Positions 1-8,895 of a DNA stretch of 64,000 bases are shown in pieces; position 1 is the stretch's first letter; every line of letters begins with the position of its first letter. Below the pieces are notes generated by a model. It searched no databases. It saw nothing but the letters and a program-made list of their open reading frames with translations, and was not told where the DNA came from. The DNA comes from Actinomycetes bacterium (GTDB lineage: Bacteria > Actinomycetota > Actinomycetes > S36-B12). Location: the NCBI GenBank assembly GCA_965657825.1, contig CBFHQG010000002.1, positions 2,290 to 66,289 on the forward strand. The letters run 5' to 3'. The translations under genes were made by a program, and so were the position numbers.

Positions 1-108
1 CGTGCAGTCAGCATCGAGGTTCGCCGGCGCCATCAGGCGTTCGACCGCCGCCCAGTGCGCATCATCGACGTCGACGCGGATGCGCGTTACCCGCGGAGTG
101 GTCGCCAT
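1..108 (-). CDS. Partial CDS (first 36 codons only, continues past the left edge); function unknown
   Basis: Reverse-strand ATG at 106-108 opens MATTPRVTRIRVDVDDAHWAAVERLMAPANLDADCT and runs off the window. Too short for the ORF track. Confidence 0.3.
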   Translation of the reverse strand, partial: MATTPRVTRIRVDVDDAHWAAVERLMAPANLDADCT

Positions 109-149
109 TACCGTCACCGATCGATGAAATGGACTGCTAACGTCCGGGC

Positions 150-1709
150 ATGCGAGTGGTGACAGGACTGGTAGGACTAGCCGGGCTCGGGCTCATGGTT
201 GGAGCCCTGGTGGCAGTACCGGCGGCAGCGGAGGAATCCCTCGAGGCGACGCAGGAGGCGCGCTGGAGTCTGGAAGACCGGGACTGCGAGGCCGAATCCC
301 TGGCCGATTGGGAGTGCTATTCCCTGATCGTCCCGCTGGATTGGGACGATCTCGATGACACGCGCACCGCGAGCATCGCGATGGCGGTCAGGCCAGCGAC
401 CGGCCCGAATCGCTCGCGCATCGGGGCGATGACCTTCAATCCGGGTGGCCCGGGCGAGTCAGGGTTAGCGCAAGCGTCAGCGCTGTACGGCGAGCTGCCC
501 GGGCAGATGCAGCGTCGATTCGACTTCGTGGCGTGGGATCCGCGCGGGATCGGTGCGAGCACTCCGCAACTGCGCGGGTGCGGGGTGACTCCGCCTCCCG
601 AGCCAGAGAACCCCTACGAACCGCCCGCGACCGGGCCGGTCGACTGGCGAGCGTTCACGCAGTTCTATGTGGAGGCGACCGCGCCGGTCATCACCGATTG
701 CTATGAGCGCAATCCGGATGTTGCTCCCTACCTCGGCACCTGGCAGGTCATCCACGACCTCGACGCGATGCGCGAGGCGCTCGGCGAAGAGCAGTGGACG
801 TACTGGGGGATGAGTTACGGCACGCGCATCGGCTATTGGTACGCGCGCGAGTTCCCCGATCGCTTGCGTGCCTTCACCCTCGACGGTTCGTGGCCGGCGA
901 ACATGGGCCTGCGCACCTGGGCGGGCATGGACACCTGGTCGTTCGCCTATGCCACCGAGCAGTTCGGTTCGCAGTTCGGAAAGAAGATGCCCGCGAAATT
1001 CAACCGTGTGCTGAACGCGTTGAACCGTCGCACGATCATGGCCGAAGGCGAAGAGTTCACCCGCTGGAACATCCTGCCGGAGATCTTCGTGAACATCTCC
1101 TACCAGGCTGCATATCCGGCCATCGTCGATGTCATCAACGGCGCCTACCAGGCGCTGTTCCATCCCAACGCGAAGAAGGCGACACGGGCCGCGTCGAAGA
1201 TGAAACGCGCGCTGGACACACTCGAGGATGAGCCGGACCTCTCCAGCTCTTTCACCATCTACATGATCAATTGCTCGGATCTCGATGGACGCCCGAGTCT
1301 GGACTCGGTGGCGGCCATGGCGCAGTCGGCCTCTGAGAACAACTCAGTCCAGGCCGGAGCGACGGTAATGACCAAGGGCACGTTCTGCGAAGGACTGCCG
1401 GAATCGATGGTGCGCAAGCCGGCGAACATCGGCCGTCCCTACGCGCTGCCCACCCCACCGGTCATCATCAACTCCATCGGTGACACCCGGACGCCCTGGG
1501 TGGGCGGTAAGCAGATCAGCGGCTACCTGACCGGGTCGACCTTCATTACCTACGAGGGGACCCAGCACGTGACCTACCTGCAGACGCCTTCGACCTGCGT
1601 CAACGACACCGTGACGACTTACTTCCTCACTGCGGTGTCTTACTTCCTCACTGCGGTGTCGCCGGGCGGTACGCGCAGTTGCGACTATGCGCCGTCACCG
1701 GGTAGCTGA
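150..1709 (+). CDS. Secreted alpha/beta hydrolase, tripeptidyl-aminopeptidase (TAP)-like
   Basis: Signal peptide (LVGLAGLGLMVGALVAVPAAA), nucleophile elbow GMSYGT, TAP-like C-terminal Cys-containing region; 519-aa ORF. Confidence 0.8.
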   Translation: MRVVTGLVGLAGLGLMVGALVAVPAAAEESLEATQEARWSLEDRDCEAESLADWECYSLIVPLDWDDLDDTRTASIAMAVRPATGPNRSRIGAMTFNPGGPGESGLAQASALYGELPGQMQRRFDFVAWDPRGIGASTPQLRGCGVTPPPEPENPYEPPATGPVDWRAFTQFYVEATAPVITDCYERNPDVAPYLGTWQVIHDLDAMREALGEEQWTYWGMSYGTRIGYWYAREFPDRLRAFTLDGSWPANMGLRTWAGMDTWSFAYATEQFGSQFGKKMPAKFNRVLNALNRRTIMAEGEEFTRWNILPEIFVNISYQAAYPAIVDVINGAYQALFHPNAKKATRAASKMKRALDTLEDEPDLSSSFTIYMINCSDLDGRPSLDSVAAMAQSASENNSVQAGATVMTKGTFCEGLPESMVRKPANIGRPYALPTPPVIINSIGDTRTPWVGGKQISGYLTGSTFITYEGTQHVTYLQTPSTCVNDTVTTYFLTAVSYFLTAVSPGGTRSCDYAPSPGS

Positions 1710-1770
1710 GAGCCACTCCGGTGGTCAAGCCAGGGATCGGTTTGATCTGCGCTTTGTGCAGCAGCCGGGA

Positions 1771-2457
1771 TTAGGCAGGTAAGACCATGTCGAAGTGCGC
1801 TGTCATCTTTGAGCCGTCGTATGACGTGATGGTGACGTCCAGTTCCGGGACGTAGAATCGGTCACCACCGTTGGCATTGGATTCAGGGAAGTACAACTGG
1901 GTCGTGTAGGTCGGGCCATTTGGCGCGGTCACTTTGACGTGGACGTGTTCGGTGCGGCCGGGGTATTGGCCTGGAATCACCGTCGTCAAAGCGTAGGTGC
2001 CGTTTTCGTCGGTCGTTTGGACACCGCGCAGGACGTATCCGTTGTTGTCGTAGGAGCCGTTCCCATCGGCCTGCCAGAAGTCGAGTGTGGCTCCCGCGAC
2101 GGGGTTGCACTGGTTGTCGAGGACGTAACCGGTGAGGAGCAATGCAGTGCCGGGTGCTGTATCGGTGATGTCGGTGCGCTCTGGTGCGCCTTGCGTGTAA
2201 TAGGGCCCCTGGTTTTGCTCGATCAGCGTGACCCCGGGTACGCAGGTGGGCGCGGCCCTGTCTTCGGGCGAGGGAACAACGGACGATGTTGCGGCGGCGC
2301 TGCTGGATGTTGGCGATGAGGAGGTTGAGGTAGAGGGCGTACGGGACGAAGACGGTGCCGTGGCAGTCGCGCTTTCGGCGGATATTCCCGTGCATGCGGC
2401 CAGTATGAGCGCCGATGGACACAGGAGAGTGACAACCAGGAGTCGACGCGTTCGCAT
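1771..2457 (-). CDS. Lipoprotein with intradiol ring-cleavage dioxygenase-like domain
   Basis: Internal start MRTRRLLVVTLLCPSALILAAC (lipobox) at 2457, in frame. S/T/P-rich linker, then YYTQGAPERTD...GRTEHVHVKV typical of the protocatechuate-dioxygenase-like fold. The track start at 2736 overlaps the next gene and was rejected. Confidence 0.7.
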   Translation of the reverse strand: MRTRRLLVVTLLCPSALILAACTGISAESATATAPSSSRTPSTSTSSSPTSSSAAATSSVVPSPEDRAAPTCVPGVTLIEQNQGPYYTQGAPERTDITDTAPGTALLLTGYVLDNQCNPVAGATLDFWQADGNGSYDNNGYVLRGVQTTDENGTYALTTVIPGQYPGRTEHVHVKVTAPNGPTYTTQLYFPESNANGGDRFYVPELDVTITSYDGSKMTAHFDMVLPA

Positions 2458-2614
2458 GCGGATCAACGTACCGTCGAACCTAGCAACAATCTGTCGAGAC
2501 CCTGGCATCATGATCTCACTGTGTGACTCCAGGCCCGTGATCATGGCAGAGCAGTCCCTGACTTTTGTGGGGGAGTTTGGGTGTGCCGCCCACTGACGAT
2601 GTACGGTTCGAGCC

Positions 2615-3385
2615 ATGACAACCGTGGTCTCGGTGCACTCCTTCAGGGGCGGGACCGGTAAGAGCAATACGACGTCCAACGTTGCGGCGAATCTGGTCGC
2701 TCTGGGCCACCGGGTGGGTGTCATCGACTGCGACATTCAAAGTCCTGGGATCCATGTCCTCTTCGGCTTCGATGAGACTTTGGATCGCACGCTAAATGAC
2801 TATCTGTGGGGGACTCGTTCTATCGGGGACGTCGCTCACGACATCACCGATCGAGTGTCGATGTCGACCGCCGTTTCTCCCGGCGGGTCATTGCATCTGG
2901 TCCCCTCGAGCATGAAACCCGGAGACATCGCACGGATCCTGAGGGATGGATACGACGTGGAGTCCCTAAGTGACGGGATGCGTCAGCTGGCACGGGATCT
3001 GGATCTGGACTTTCTTTTCGTTGACACTCATCCCGGCCTCAACGAGGAGACCCTCCTATCGATCACCCTGAGCGACGTCCTGCTGCTCATCCTGCGACCG
3101 GACCGCCAGGACTATCAGGGCACCGCCGTGACGGTCGATGTCGCTCGCAGGCTCGAGGTGCCGTCGCTGTTTCTCGTCGCCAACAAGGTGCCCTCGGGGC
3201 TGACCGATCTCCGCGAGCAGTTGGACGATGCCTACGGTGCCGAGACCATTGCCGTCCTACCGCTTTCCGAAGAGGTGGTCCTCAACGCGTCAGGTGGCCT
3301 GTTCTCACTTCTTCACCCTGAACATCCATGGTCACAGCAGGTGCGCGGCATCGCAGAACGTCTCCATGCGGGAGTGCAGTCATGA
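2615..3385 (+). CDS. MinD/ParA-type P-loop ATPase (variant Walker A)
   Basis: N-terminal VHSFRGGTGKSNTTSN deviant Walker A (Arg where MinD has the signature Lys), later DFLFVDTHPG Walker-B-like motif; 256 aa. Confidence 0.75.
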   Translation: MTTVVSVHSFRGGTGKSNTTSNVAANLVALGHRVGVIDCDIQSPGIHVLFGFDETLDRTLNDYLWGTRSIGDVAHDITDRVSMSTAVSPGGSLHLVPSSMKPGDIARILRDGYDVESLSDGMRQLARDLDLDFLFVDTHPGLNEETLLSITLSDVLLLILRPDRQDYQGTAVTVDVARRLEVPSLFLVANKVPSGLTDLREQLDDAYGAETIAVLPLSEEVVLNASGGLFSLLHPEHPWSQQVRGIAERLHAGVQS

Positions 3386-4902
3386 GTACCACGGTGATGA
3401 AGATGGCCCTATCTCATGTTTCTACTCTCGACGTTGCCGCCCGGGCCGTTGCTGATACTGCCGGACGTTTCGGCCTTGAGGCGATCGGGTGTACGCAACT
3501 GGCGTCACTCCTGAGTGAGGCACTCGCGACAGTGATCGCCGACTCATTCGACGGGTCAGACGTCATCGACGTGGATGTTTCCGTGAGTTACGAACCCGGT
3601 CGAGTGAACATCGTTCTCAAGCAGCGTGGCGCACCCTCCACGTATCTCAACGGTGAATTGCCCGTGAGATTGGAAACGCTGCTCGCACTTGGCTATGCCG
3701 AATCGATGGAGTTCGTCAGTGACGGGGTAAGGGGCAGTGAACTAAGGATCAGCCGCTCGGTGAACACGGGCAGCCTTGTGGATGATCCAAAATTCGTTGC
3801 GGATGTCGAGGCTAAGGGCAACGATGACGAATCGGTGGATATCGACAGTATCGTCATCCGGCCGATCACCAACGATGACGCCGTTGAAGTCGCGCGCCTG
3901 TACTTCCGTACTTACGGCTACACCAAGATCGGTATGTCGTGGCTCTATGAGCCGGAAGTCTTCCGGCACAAAATCGAGACGCACATTCACGAGGGAATGG
4001 TCGCTGTCCTGCCCTCCGGGCGCATCGTGGGCCACACCGGGCTGCTGCGTCCCACTCCGGATTCGCCGTCGGCCTCGGGCGGCCCGGCTGCCGTCGACCC
4101 GGCCTTCCGGCAGCGCGGGATCGTCAGCCGGCTCGATGAGGCCTTCATGCCGCAAATAGTCGCCCTGGGGATGCGCGGAATCTACGTCGAGGGAGTTACC
4201 GCTCATCCGGCCAGTCAAGCCGGGGCGCTCAGGGTCGGGTTGCACGAGACCGGGCTCGTGCTCGGTCGACAACCGCCAGACGTGGAGTTCGTCGGGTTCG
4301 ACGGGCCCAAGGGATTCCGCCGCGCCGTCATGATTCTGTACCGGCCGCTCATGGCGCCGGTTGAAGAAGCGGTATACGTGCCTGCTCGTTATCGCGACAT
4401 CCTTGAGCGCATATACGAGGTCGTTGGCTTGCCTCGCCTGGTCCACTCCGAGGCAGGTCGACCACCGGCCGACCTGCCTGCGAAATCACAATTCGTCACC
4501 GAGTTGCTGTCTGCGACCAAGCACGCACAGATTCGAGTCGCGAAGTACGGACAGGACTTCGTGGAAGCCCTCCAAGGCCTCATCCGCCGTTTCGAGACAG
4601 AGCGATTCGAAGTGATCACGGTCCACCTGCCGCTCGTGAACCCGCTGACCGCTTACTTCGGCTCGGGTCTGGGAGAACTGGCGCTGTCCTTCAACGCTGT
4701 CTTCCCGCAGCAGGATCCGGGTGACGAGCTTGTCCTGGGAGTGAACCTGAGCGAACAAGACCCCGAGACGATTGTCGTTGCCTCGGAGTTCGGCCGGGAG
4801 TTGCTCGACTACGTGATCGCGGACCGCGATCGCGTGACGAGCGCCCTTCAGTCGCGGGCTCGATCACGAGCCTCAATGGCTCGCATACTCGACGGTCTGT
4901 GA
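3382..4902 (+). CDS. Multidomain protein: RsbW-like HATPase region + GNAT acetyltransferase domain + C-terminal uncharacterised domain
   Basis: ATG at 3382 overlaps the upstream stop (ATGA). Residues 1-130 resemble an anti-sigma-factor/HATPase-like fold. IVIRPITNDDAVEVARLYF...AVDPAFRQRGIVSRL is a GNAT core (Q/RxxGxG/A-like motif). Confidence 0.6.
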   Translation: MSTTVMKMALSHVSTLDVAARAVADTAGRFGLEAIGCTQLASLLSEALATVIADSFDGSDVIDVDVSVSYEPGRVNIVLKQRGAPSTYLNGELPVRLETLLALGYAESMEFVSDGVRGSELRISRSVNTGSLVDDPKFVADVEAKGNDDESVDIDSIVIRPITNDDAVEVARLYFRTYGYTKIGMSWLYEPEVFRHKIETHIHEGMVAVLPSGRIVGHTGLLRPTPDSPSASGGPAAVDPAFRQRGIVSRLDEAFMPQIVALGMRGIYVEGVTAHPASQAGALRVGLHETGLVLGRQPPDVEFVGFDGPKGFRRAVMILYRPLMAPVEEAVYVPARYRDILERIYEVVGLPRLVHSEAGRPPADLPAKSQFVTELLSATKHAQIRVAKYGQDFVEALQGLIRRFETERFEVITVHLPLVNPLTAYFGSGLGELALSFNAVFPQQDPGDELVLGVNLSEQDPETIVVASEFGRELLDYVIADRDRVTSALQSRARSRASMARILDGL

Positions 4903-4933
4903 AACTGGAGCGTGCAGGAGGGCCAGAGCCCGG

Positions 4934-5962
4934 TCAGATATGGCTTGCCGGTAGGAGTGTTGACAGGGGGCCTGAGAGTGTGCGCGCCCGATCGGCAAGT
5001 TGCCGGAGGTCACTGCTGCCCGGATCGAATGCCGAAGCGCTCATAGACATGTAGGCCCGGTCAAGGCCCTCGGCCATGAGTGCCCTTGCGTCAAGGTCCG
5101 CGAACTCCGCTATGGCACCCAGCGTTGATCGAGTTTCGCTCACGAGCCGCTCGTAGGTCGTCACGATGGCTCTGCCTTGCTCGATGAGTGGCACGCCGTG
5201 CTCGATGATGGGGGTGAGGGCCGCACACCACTGCGCACTGGCCACTTCTTCAATGGGCGCGTTCACGAACTGCTCCCAACCTGGAAACAGGTTGAAGTTC
5301 CACCATCGCTTTCCCCAGGGAGCAAGGTCGCTGTAGCCGGCAATGTTCAGCGGTACGTCCATGGGATAGGTGAAGAACCAGGTGGGATGTCGCCAGCCGG
5401 CCATGAGGCTGCGAATGGCATTCTCCGGATCACGCACGATGAAGATGAACTGCGCGTCAGGGAACCCAGTCGACAGCTCCGGTATCCGCCAGCAGTGACC
5501 GGTGTCTTTGTCGACCAGCCGTACCGGGCCGTCTGTGTCCGCGGCCCACACGGGATCAAGGGGTGGGAGCGTGAATGGCGCGGTTTCGCTCTGCTCTGAG
5601 CCCGCGAAGGGGCCCGCAGTATCGGTGCCAAGTTCCTCAACAAGTTCATGGGGGAGATCGAGGTACTGGGCCGGGACACCCTGGCTGGCGCAGCGAACTG
5701 CCCATCTTCGCTGCTCATCCTCGCGCCAGGCTCGCTCGCCCCGATATGCCTCTGCCACGTACTCAGCCGCGACGGCATCAGCACCGGGGAACGATCCGGT
5801 CACCTCCTGCCCACCGAGGCGGTGCCAGAGGAACCTGCTTTCGCGCCCGAGTTTGAAAACGCCGGGTTCGCGAGATAGCACATTCTGAAGCAAGGTCGTG
5901 CCCGAACGCGGTGACCCCATAATGAAGATGGGGCGCTGCAGCCGTTCACGAGCGTTAGTCAT
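4934..5962 (-). CDS. Sulfotransferase family protein (PAPS-dependent)
   Basis: Start MTNARERLQRPIFIMGSPRSGTTLLQN (5'-PSB motif PRSGTT) and FIFIVRDPENAIRS (3'-PB-like motif). The track start at 6241 overlaps the upstream gene and was trimmed to the in-frame ATG at 5962. Confidence 0.75.
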   Translation of the reverse strand: MTNARERLQRPIFIMGSPRSGTTLLQNVLSREPGVFKLGRESRFLWHRLGGQEVTGSFPGADAVAAEYVAEAYRGERAWREDEQRRWAVRCASQGVPAQYLDLPHELVEELGTDTAGPFAGSEQSETAPFTLPPLDPVWAADTDGPVRLVDKDTGHCWRIPELSTGFPDAQFIFIVRDPENAIRSLMAGWRHPTWFFTYPMDVPLNIAGYSDLAPWGKRWWNFNLFPGWEQFVNAPIEEVASAQWCAALTPIIEHGVPLIEQGRAIVTTYERLVSETRSTLGAIAEFADLDARALMAEGLDRAYMSMSASAFDPGSSDLRQLADRARTLSGPLSTLLPASHI

Positions 5963-7364
5963 TTCGATCCCGAAGTTCACGGGACCGAGACCTGAGCTGT
6001 TGGAAGTAGTCACTCTCGGTGATCTCCTGGACTTCCGCAGCCACCTTGGCCCGATCGATCTGCACGGACAGTTGTTGGACCTGCTCGTGCAGGCGACGCT
6101 CGCGCTCCACGATCTCGATGCCCATCGTCTGGAAGGTGCGAGCGAGGTCGCCGAGTTCGTCCGTCCGTTGAGCGGCGGTGTCCAAAGCTGTCGGATCGAA
6201 GGTGCCGTCGGCCAGTGAGGTGGCCGCACGCGCGATCGCATCGACCGGCTTGGTGATGCGGCGGCTCAGCAGCACCCCGAGGACCAGTCCGACGAGAACC
6301 ACGAGGACCGCGATGAGGGCCATCCCTATGGCAAGCCCGCGTGCGGGCGCCGCCAACTGCTCTTGGTTCACTGCGGAGACGAGAATCCAGTCCAAGTCGC
6401 CACCGGTCGTTGACGTTTGAACACGCCAGGCGTCATCACCATCAGGGTTCCAGGGGGCCTGAATGGTCGTCGTGAGCTCGACCCCTGCTTCGGTCGGTGC
6501 GGCGGCGAGGATCGAGGCGATCGCCTCCTGCCCTGCGGACGTCTGCGCCGCGACAGACACCGCCGGTGATCCACTGGCGATAACTTCGCCGGCGCGGTTG
6601 AGGATCAAGAAGAAACCATCCCCAGCAAAGGTGAGATCTGCAAAGGTCTGCTGCAATTCAGATTGGATGGCCGTGAGTCGCTGCTGAACTTCGGCGTCCA
6701 CATCATCGACGTAGACGCCGGTCCCGACGAGCCAATCCCATGGTTCGTAGAGAAACATGTAGCCGATCTTGGGTGCGGGCAGTGCTCCGTCCAGCCTCTC
6801 CCAGTTGTAGTCCAGGTACCCGCTGCCTTGCGTCAGCACAAGTTCACGTGCTTCGCGTAGCAAGTACCTCCCGTCGGCATCCTGCATATCTGTGAGGTTG
6901 CGGCCCTGGATGCGATCGTCGGGGTGGCCGATTGCGTTGAGATCGAGGTCGTAGACAAAAAAGTAGTCATCGTTACCGAATCGCACGTTCTTCACCATGT
7001 CCAGGGAGCGGGCCTGCGCCTGCGCGGTGGTGAGTTCGCCGCTCTCCGCCGCTGCGGCGAACTCATCGAGGGAGGCCACGATGGGGGCGGCGACGTCCCG
7101 CAAACTCTGCTTGCGCTTCTCCAAGGCCTCAGTTTTGTAGGACACGATGTCGTTGTATTCAATTTGCACGAGGGCGCTGATGGCGGCCTGCACATTGCTG
7201 ACTTCTTGTTCGGACTGGTCAGTGAGCGATGTCGTCACCGCGTTCACAGCCACGGCGGTGTAGACGATGCCGGAGAGGGAAAGGACGAGCGCGATGCCCA
7301 AGGGAACGCGCTGGCTGAAGGTCAAGCGAAAGCGCCGGCGGGGAGACTTCGGGTCTGCGACCAC
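5955..7364 (-). CDS. Membrane sensor with extracytoplasmic Cache-type domain(s), HAMP and a short coiled coil; no output domain
   Basis: TM (VPLGIALVLSLSGIVYTAVAV). Cache signature DDYFFVYD..IGHP...GYLDYNW...PKIGYMFLYEPWDWLVGTGVYVDD. Second TM (LAIGMALIAVLVVLVGLVLGVLL). HAMP (RRITKPVDAIARAATSLADG...TDELGDLARTFQTM), then about 60 aa of coiled coil and a stop. Confidence 0.7.
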   Translation of the reverse strand: MVADPKSPRRRFRLTFSQRVPLGIALVLSLSGIVYTAVAVNAVTTSLTDQSEQEVSNVQAAISALVQIEYNDIVSYKTEALEKRKQSLRDVAAPIVASLDEFAAAAESGELTTAQAQARSLDMVKNVRFGNDDYFFVYDLDLNAIGHPDDRIQGRNLTDMQDADGRYLLREARELVLTQGSGYLDYNWERLDGALPAPKIGYMFLYEPWDWLVGTGVYVDDVDAEVQQRLTAIQSELQQTFADLTFAGDGFFLILNRAGEVIASGSPAVSVAAQTSAGQEAIASILAAAPTEAGVELTTTIQAPWNPDGDDAWRVQTSTTGGDLDWILVSAVNQEQLAAPARGLAIGMALIAVLVVLVGLVLGVLLSRRITKPVDAIARAATSLADGTFDPTALDTAAQRTDELGDLARTFQTMGIEIVERERRLHEQVQQLSVQIDRAKVAAEVQEITESDYFQQLRSRSRELRDRND

Positions 7365-7495
7365 GCGACCAGTTTGGCCTAGCGGCCGCTGGGATGGCGC
7401 GGTGGGGCGACTGTCCGCGTGACGTTTGCACTCGTGGCATCACCTGGCCATTCGTCCGGGAGGTATCAGGCTGATGCTGTGGCGGGTACGCAGCG

Positions 7496-8161
7496 GTGAG
7501 CGGCGTGGTCTTGGGCACGCTCCCCTTTGCCCTGGGAGCGGCGGTGAGCCCGGCCGTGCTCACCGTGGTGGTCCTGATCCTGGCGAGCGGAAGCCACGCT
7601 TTGAGGCGTGCCTGGTTTTTCGCGATCGGCGGCACCCTGCTGACCGCTGCCTTCATCGTCATTTGCCGAACGTTGCTGACTCAGGTGGGTGGTGCTACCG
7701 GCGGCCCTCACTCTCTTGACCGCATCATTGACGCTGCGCTTGCGGTGGTTCTGGGTGCTTGGGCGATCCTCATCGTCTTGCGGAAACCCAAGACGACGGG
7801 CAAACCGAGTCGGATCCAAGCCCTCTTGAGTAGTCGAAAGTCTGTGGTTTTCGTCGGCTTGGGCGTAGCGGCGATGGCCCTCAATGCCTCAACTCTTGTG
7901 ATCGTCCTGGCGGGCAGTCACCACATCACCCAGGCTGACGCACCGTTGGGCGGCAAGGTCATCGCAGCGGCTTTGCTGCTCATCGGCGCGGTGCTTCCAC
8001 TCGTCGTCCCACCTGCGTTGGTGATGATTAGCGGCTCCCGGGCAGCTGGATTCCTCCATCGACTCAACACCTTCACGACCACGCACCAGCGCGTCATTAA
8101 CGCCGCCATCCTCGGCGCAATCTCGGTGCTCCTTGCCTGGAAGGCGATCCAGGGCGGCTAG
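7496..8161 (+). CDS. Polytopic membrane protein, GAP family / Sap (sulfolipid-1-addressing protein)-like
   Basis: GTG start. About 6 predicted TM segments. N-terminal LPFALGAAVSPAVLTVVVLILASG and mid ALNASTLVIVLAG motifs resemble the GAP/Sap-like family. About 60% identical to the paralog at 8896..9555. Confidence 0.55.
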   Translation: MSGVVLGTLPFALGAAVSPAVLTVVVLILASGSHALRRAWFFAIGGTLLTAAFIVICRTLLTQVGGATGGPHSLDRIIDAALAVVLGAWAILIVLRKPKTTGKPSRIQALLSSRKSVVFVGLGVAAMALNASTLVIVLAGSHHITQADAPLGGKVIAAALLLIGAVLPLVVPPALVMISGSRAAGFLHRLNTFTTTHQRVINAAILGAISVLLAWKAIQGG

Positions 8162-8329
8162 GCGGAACTGTCCGACCGCCTCGTGGATGACTAACGTGCC
8201 CACGCTGAATTCATCATGCGCGAACTTGCGACCGTGCTTCGGGGGCTGTTGTGACACTCTCTGTTACACACGAAGATCGACAAGCAGGAATCGAGCGCTT
8301 GATTTCGCGGTCTTGTGACGGAGTTTGGG

Positions 8330-8403
8330 TGGCCAGGGACGGGATCGAACCGTCGACCTTCCGATTTTCAGTCGGACGCTCGTACCAACTGAGCTACCTG
8401 GCC
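8330..8403 (-). tRNA. tRNA-Phe (GAA)
   Basis: Reverse complement GGCCAGGTAGCTCAGTTGGTACGAGCGTCCGACTGAAAATCGGAAGGTCGACGGTTCGATCCCGTCCCTGGCCA folds as a cloverleaf with anticodon loop CUGAAAA. CCA is not encoded. Confidence 0.93.
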
Positions 8404-8428
8404 GAGGGGCCGGCCTTGTGAGCCGACC

Positions 8429-8505
8429 TGGCGACCCCGACGGGACTCGAACCCGCGACCTCCGCCGTGACAGGGCGGCGCGCTAACCAACTGCGCTACG
8501 GGGCC
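8429..8505 (-). tRNA. tRNA-Asp (GTC)
   Basis: Reverse complement GGCCCCGTAGCGCAGTTGGTTAGCGCGCCGCCCTGTCACGGCGGAGGTCGCGGGTTCGAGTCCCGTCGGGGTCGCCA, anticodon loop CUGUCAC. CCA is encoded. Confidence 0.93.
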
Positions 8506-8563
8506 TCGATGGGGATGACCCCGGTGAGGCACCACTTTCTCGTGAGAAAGTGGGTGGAACTCG

Positions 8564-8636
8564 CGTCCCCAACGGGATTCGAACCCGCGCTGCCGCCTTG
8601 AAAGGGCGGTGTCCTAGGCCGCTAGACGATGGGGAC
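8564..8636 (-). tRNA. tRNA-Glu (TTC)
   Basis: Reverse complement GTCCCCATCGTCTAGCGGCCTAGGACACCGCCCTTTCAAGGCGGCAGCGCGGGTTCGAATCCCGTTGGGGACG, anticodon loop CUUUCAA. CCA is not encoded. Confidence 0.93.
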
Positions 8637-8895
8637 CTGACCTCGGTCGCCATCGACCGAACGCCGTCGGAGACCGCCCAAGCATAGGGGAGGCCGACGG
8701 CCACCCCAACGTCGGGACCCCTCTAGGTTCTCACCCTGCTGGCTCGCCCGTCAGCGTAGGGCAGCTGGCCCCCGCCAGCCGGACCACTGCCCGACACACC
8801 GAGGAGCACTGGGTGGACTTCAGAGGAGTCCTGCCACACTGTCGCTCACCCATCGTGGGTGTGTTCGTTCTAGGGCAACAGGTGAGTGACCACGC

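Noticed and set aside
7365-7495. Shared upstream control element for the two GAP/Sap-like paralogs
   Set aside because: I compared the regions upstream of 7496 and 8896 by eye and found no convincing common motif.
8483-8704. 73-aa minus-strand ORF
   Set aside because: It overlaps tRNA-Asp and tRNA-Glu almost entirely. It is tRNA sequence read as protein.
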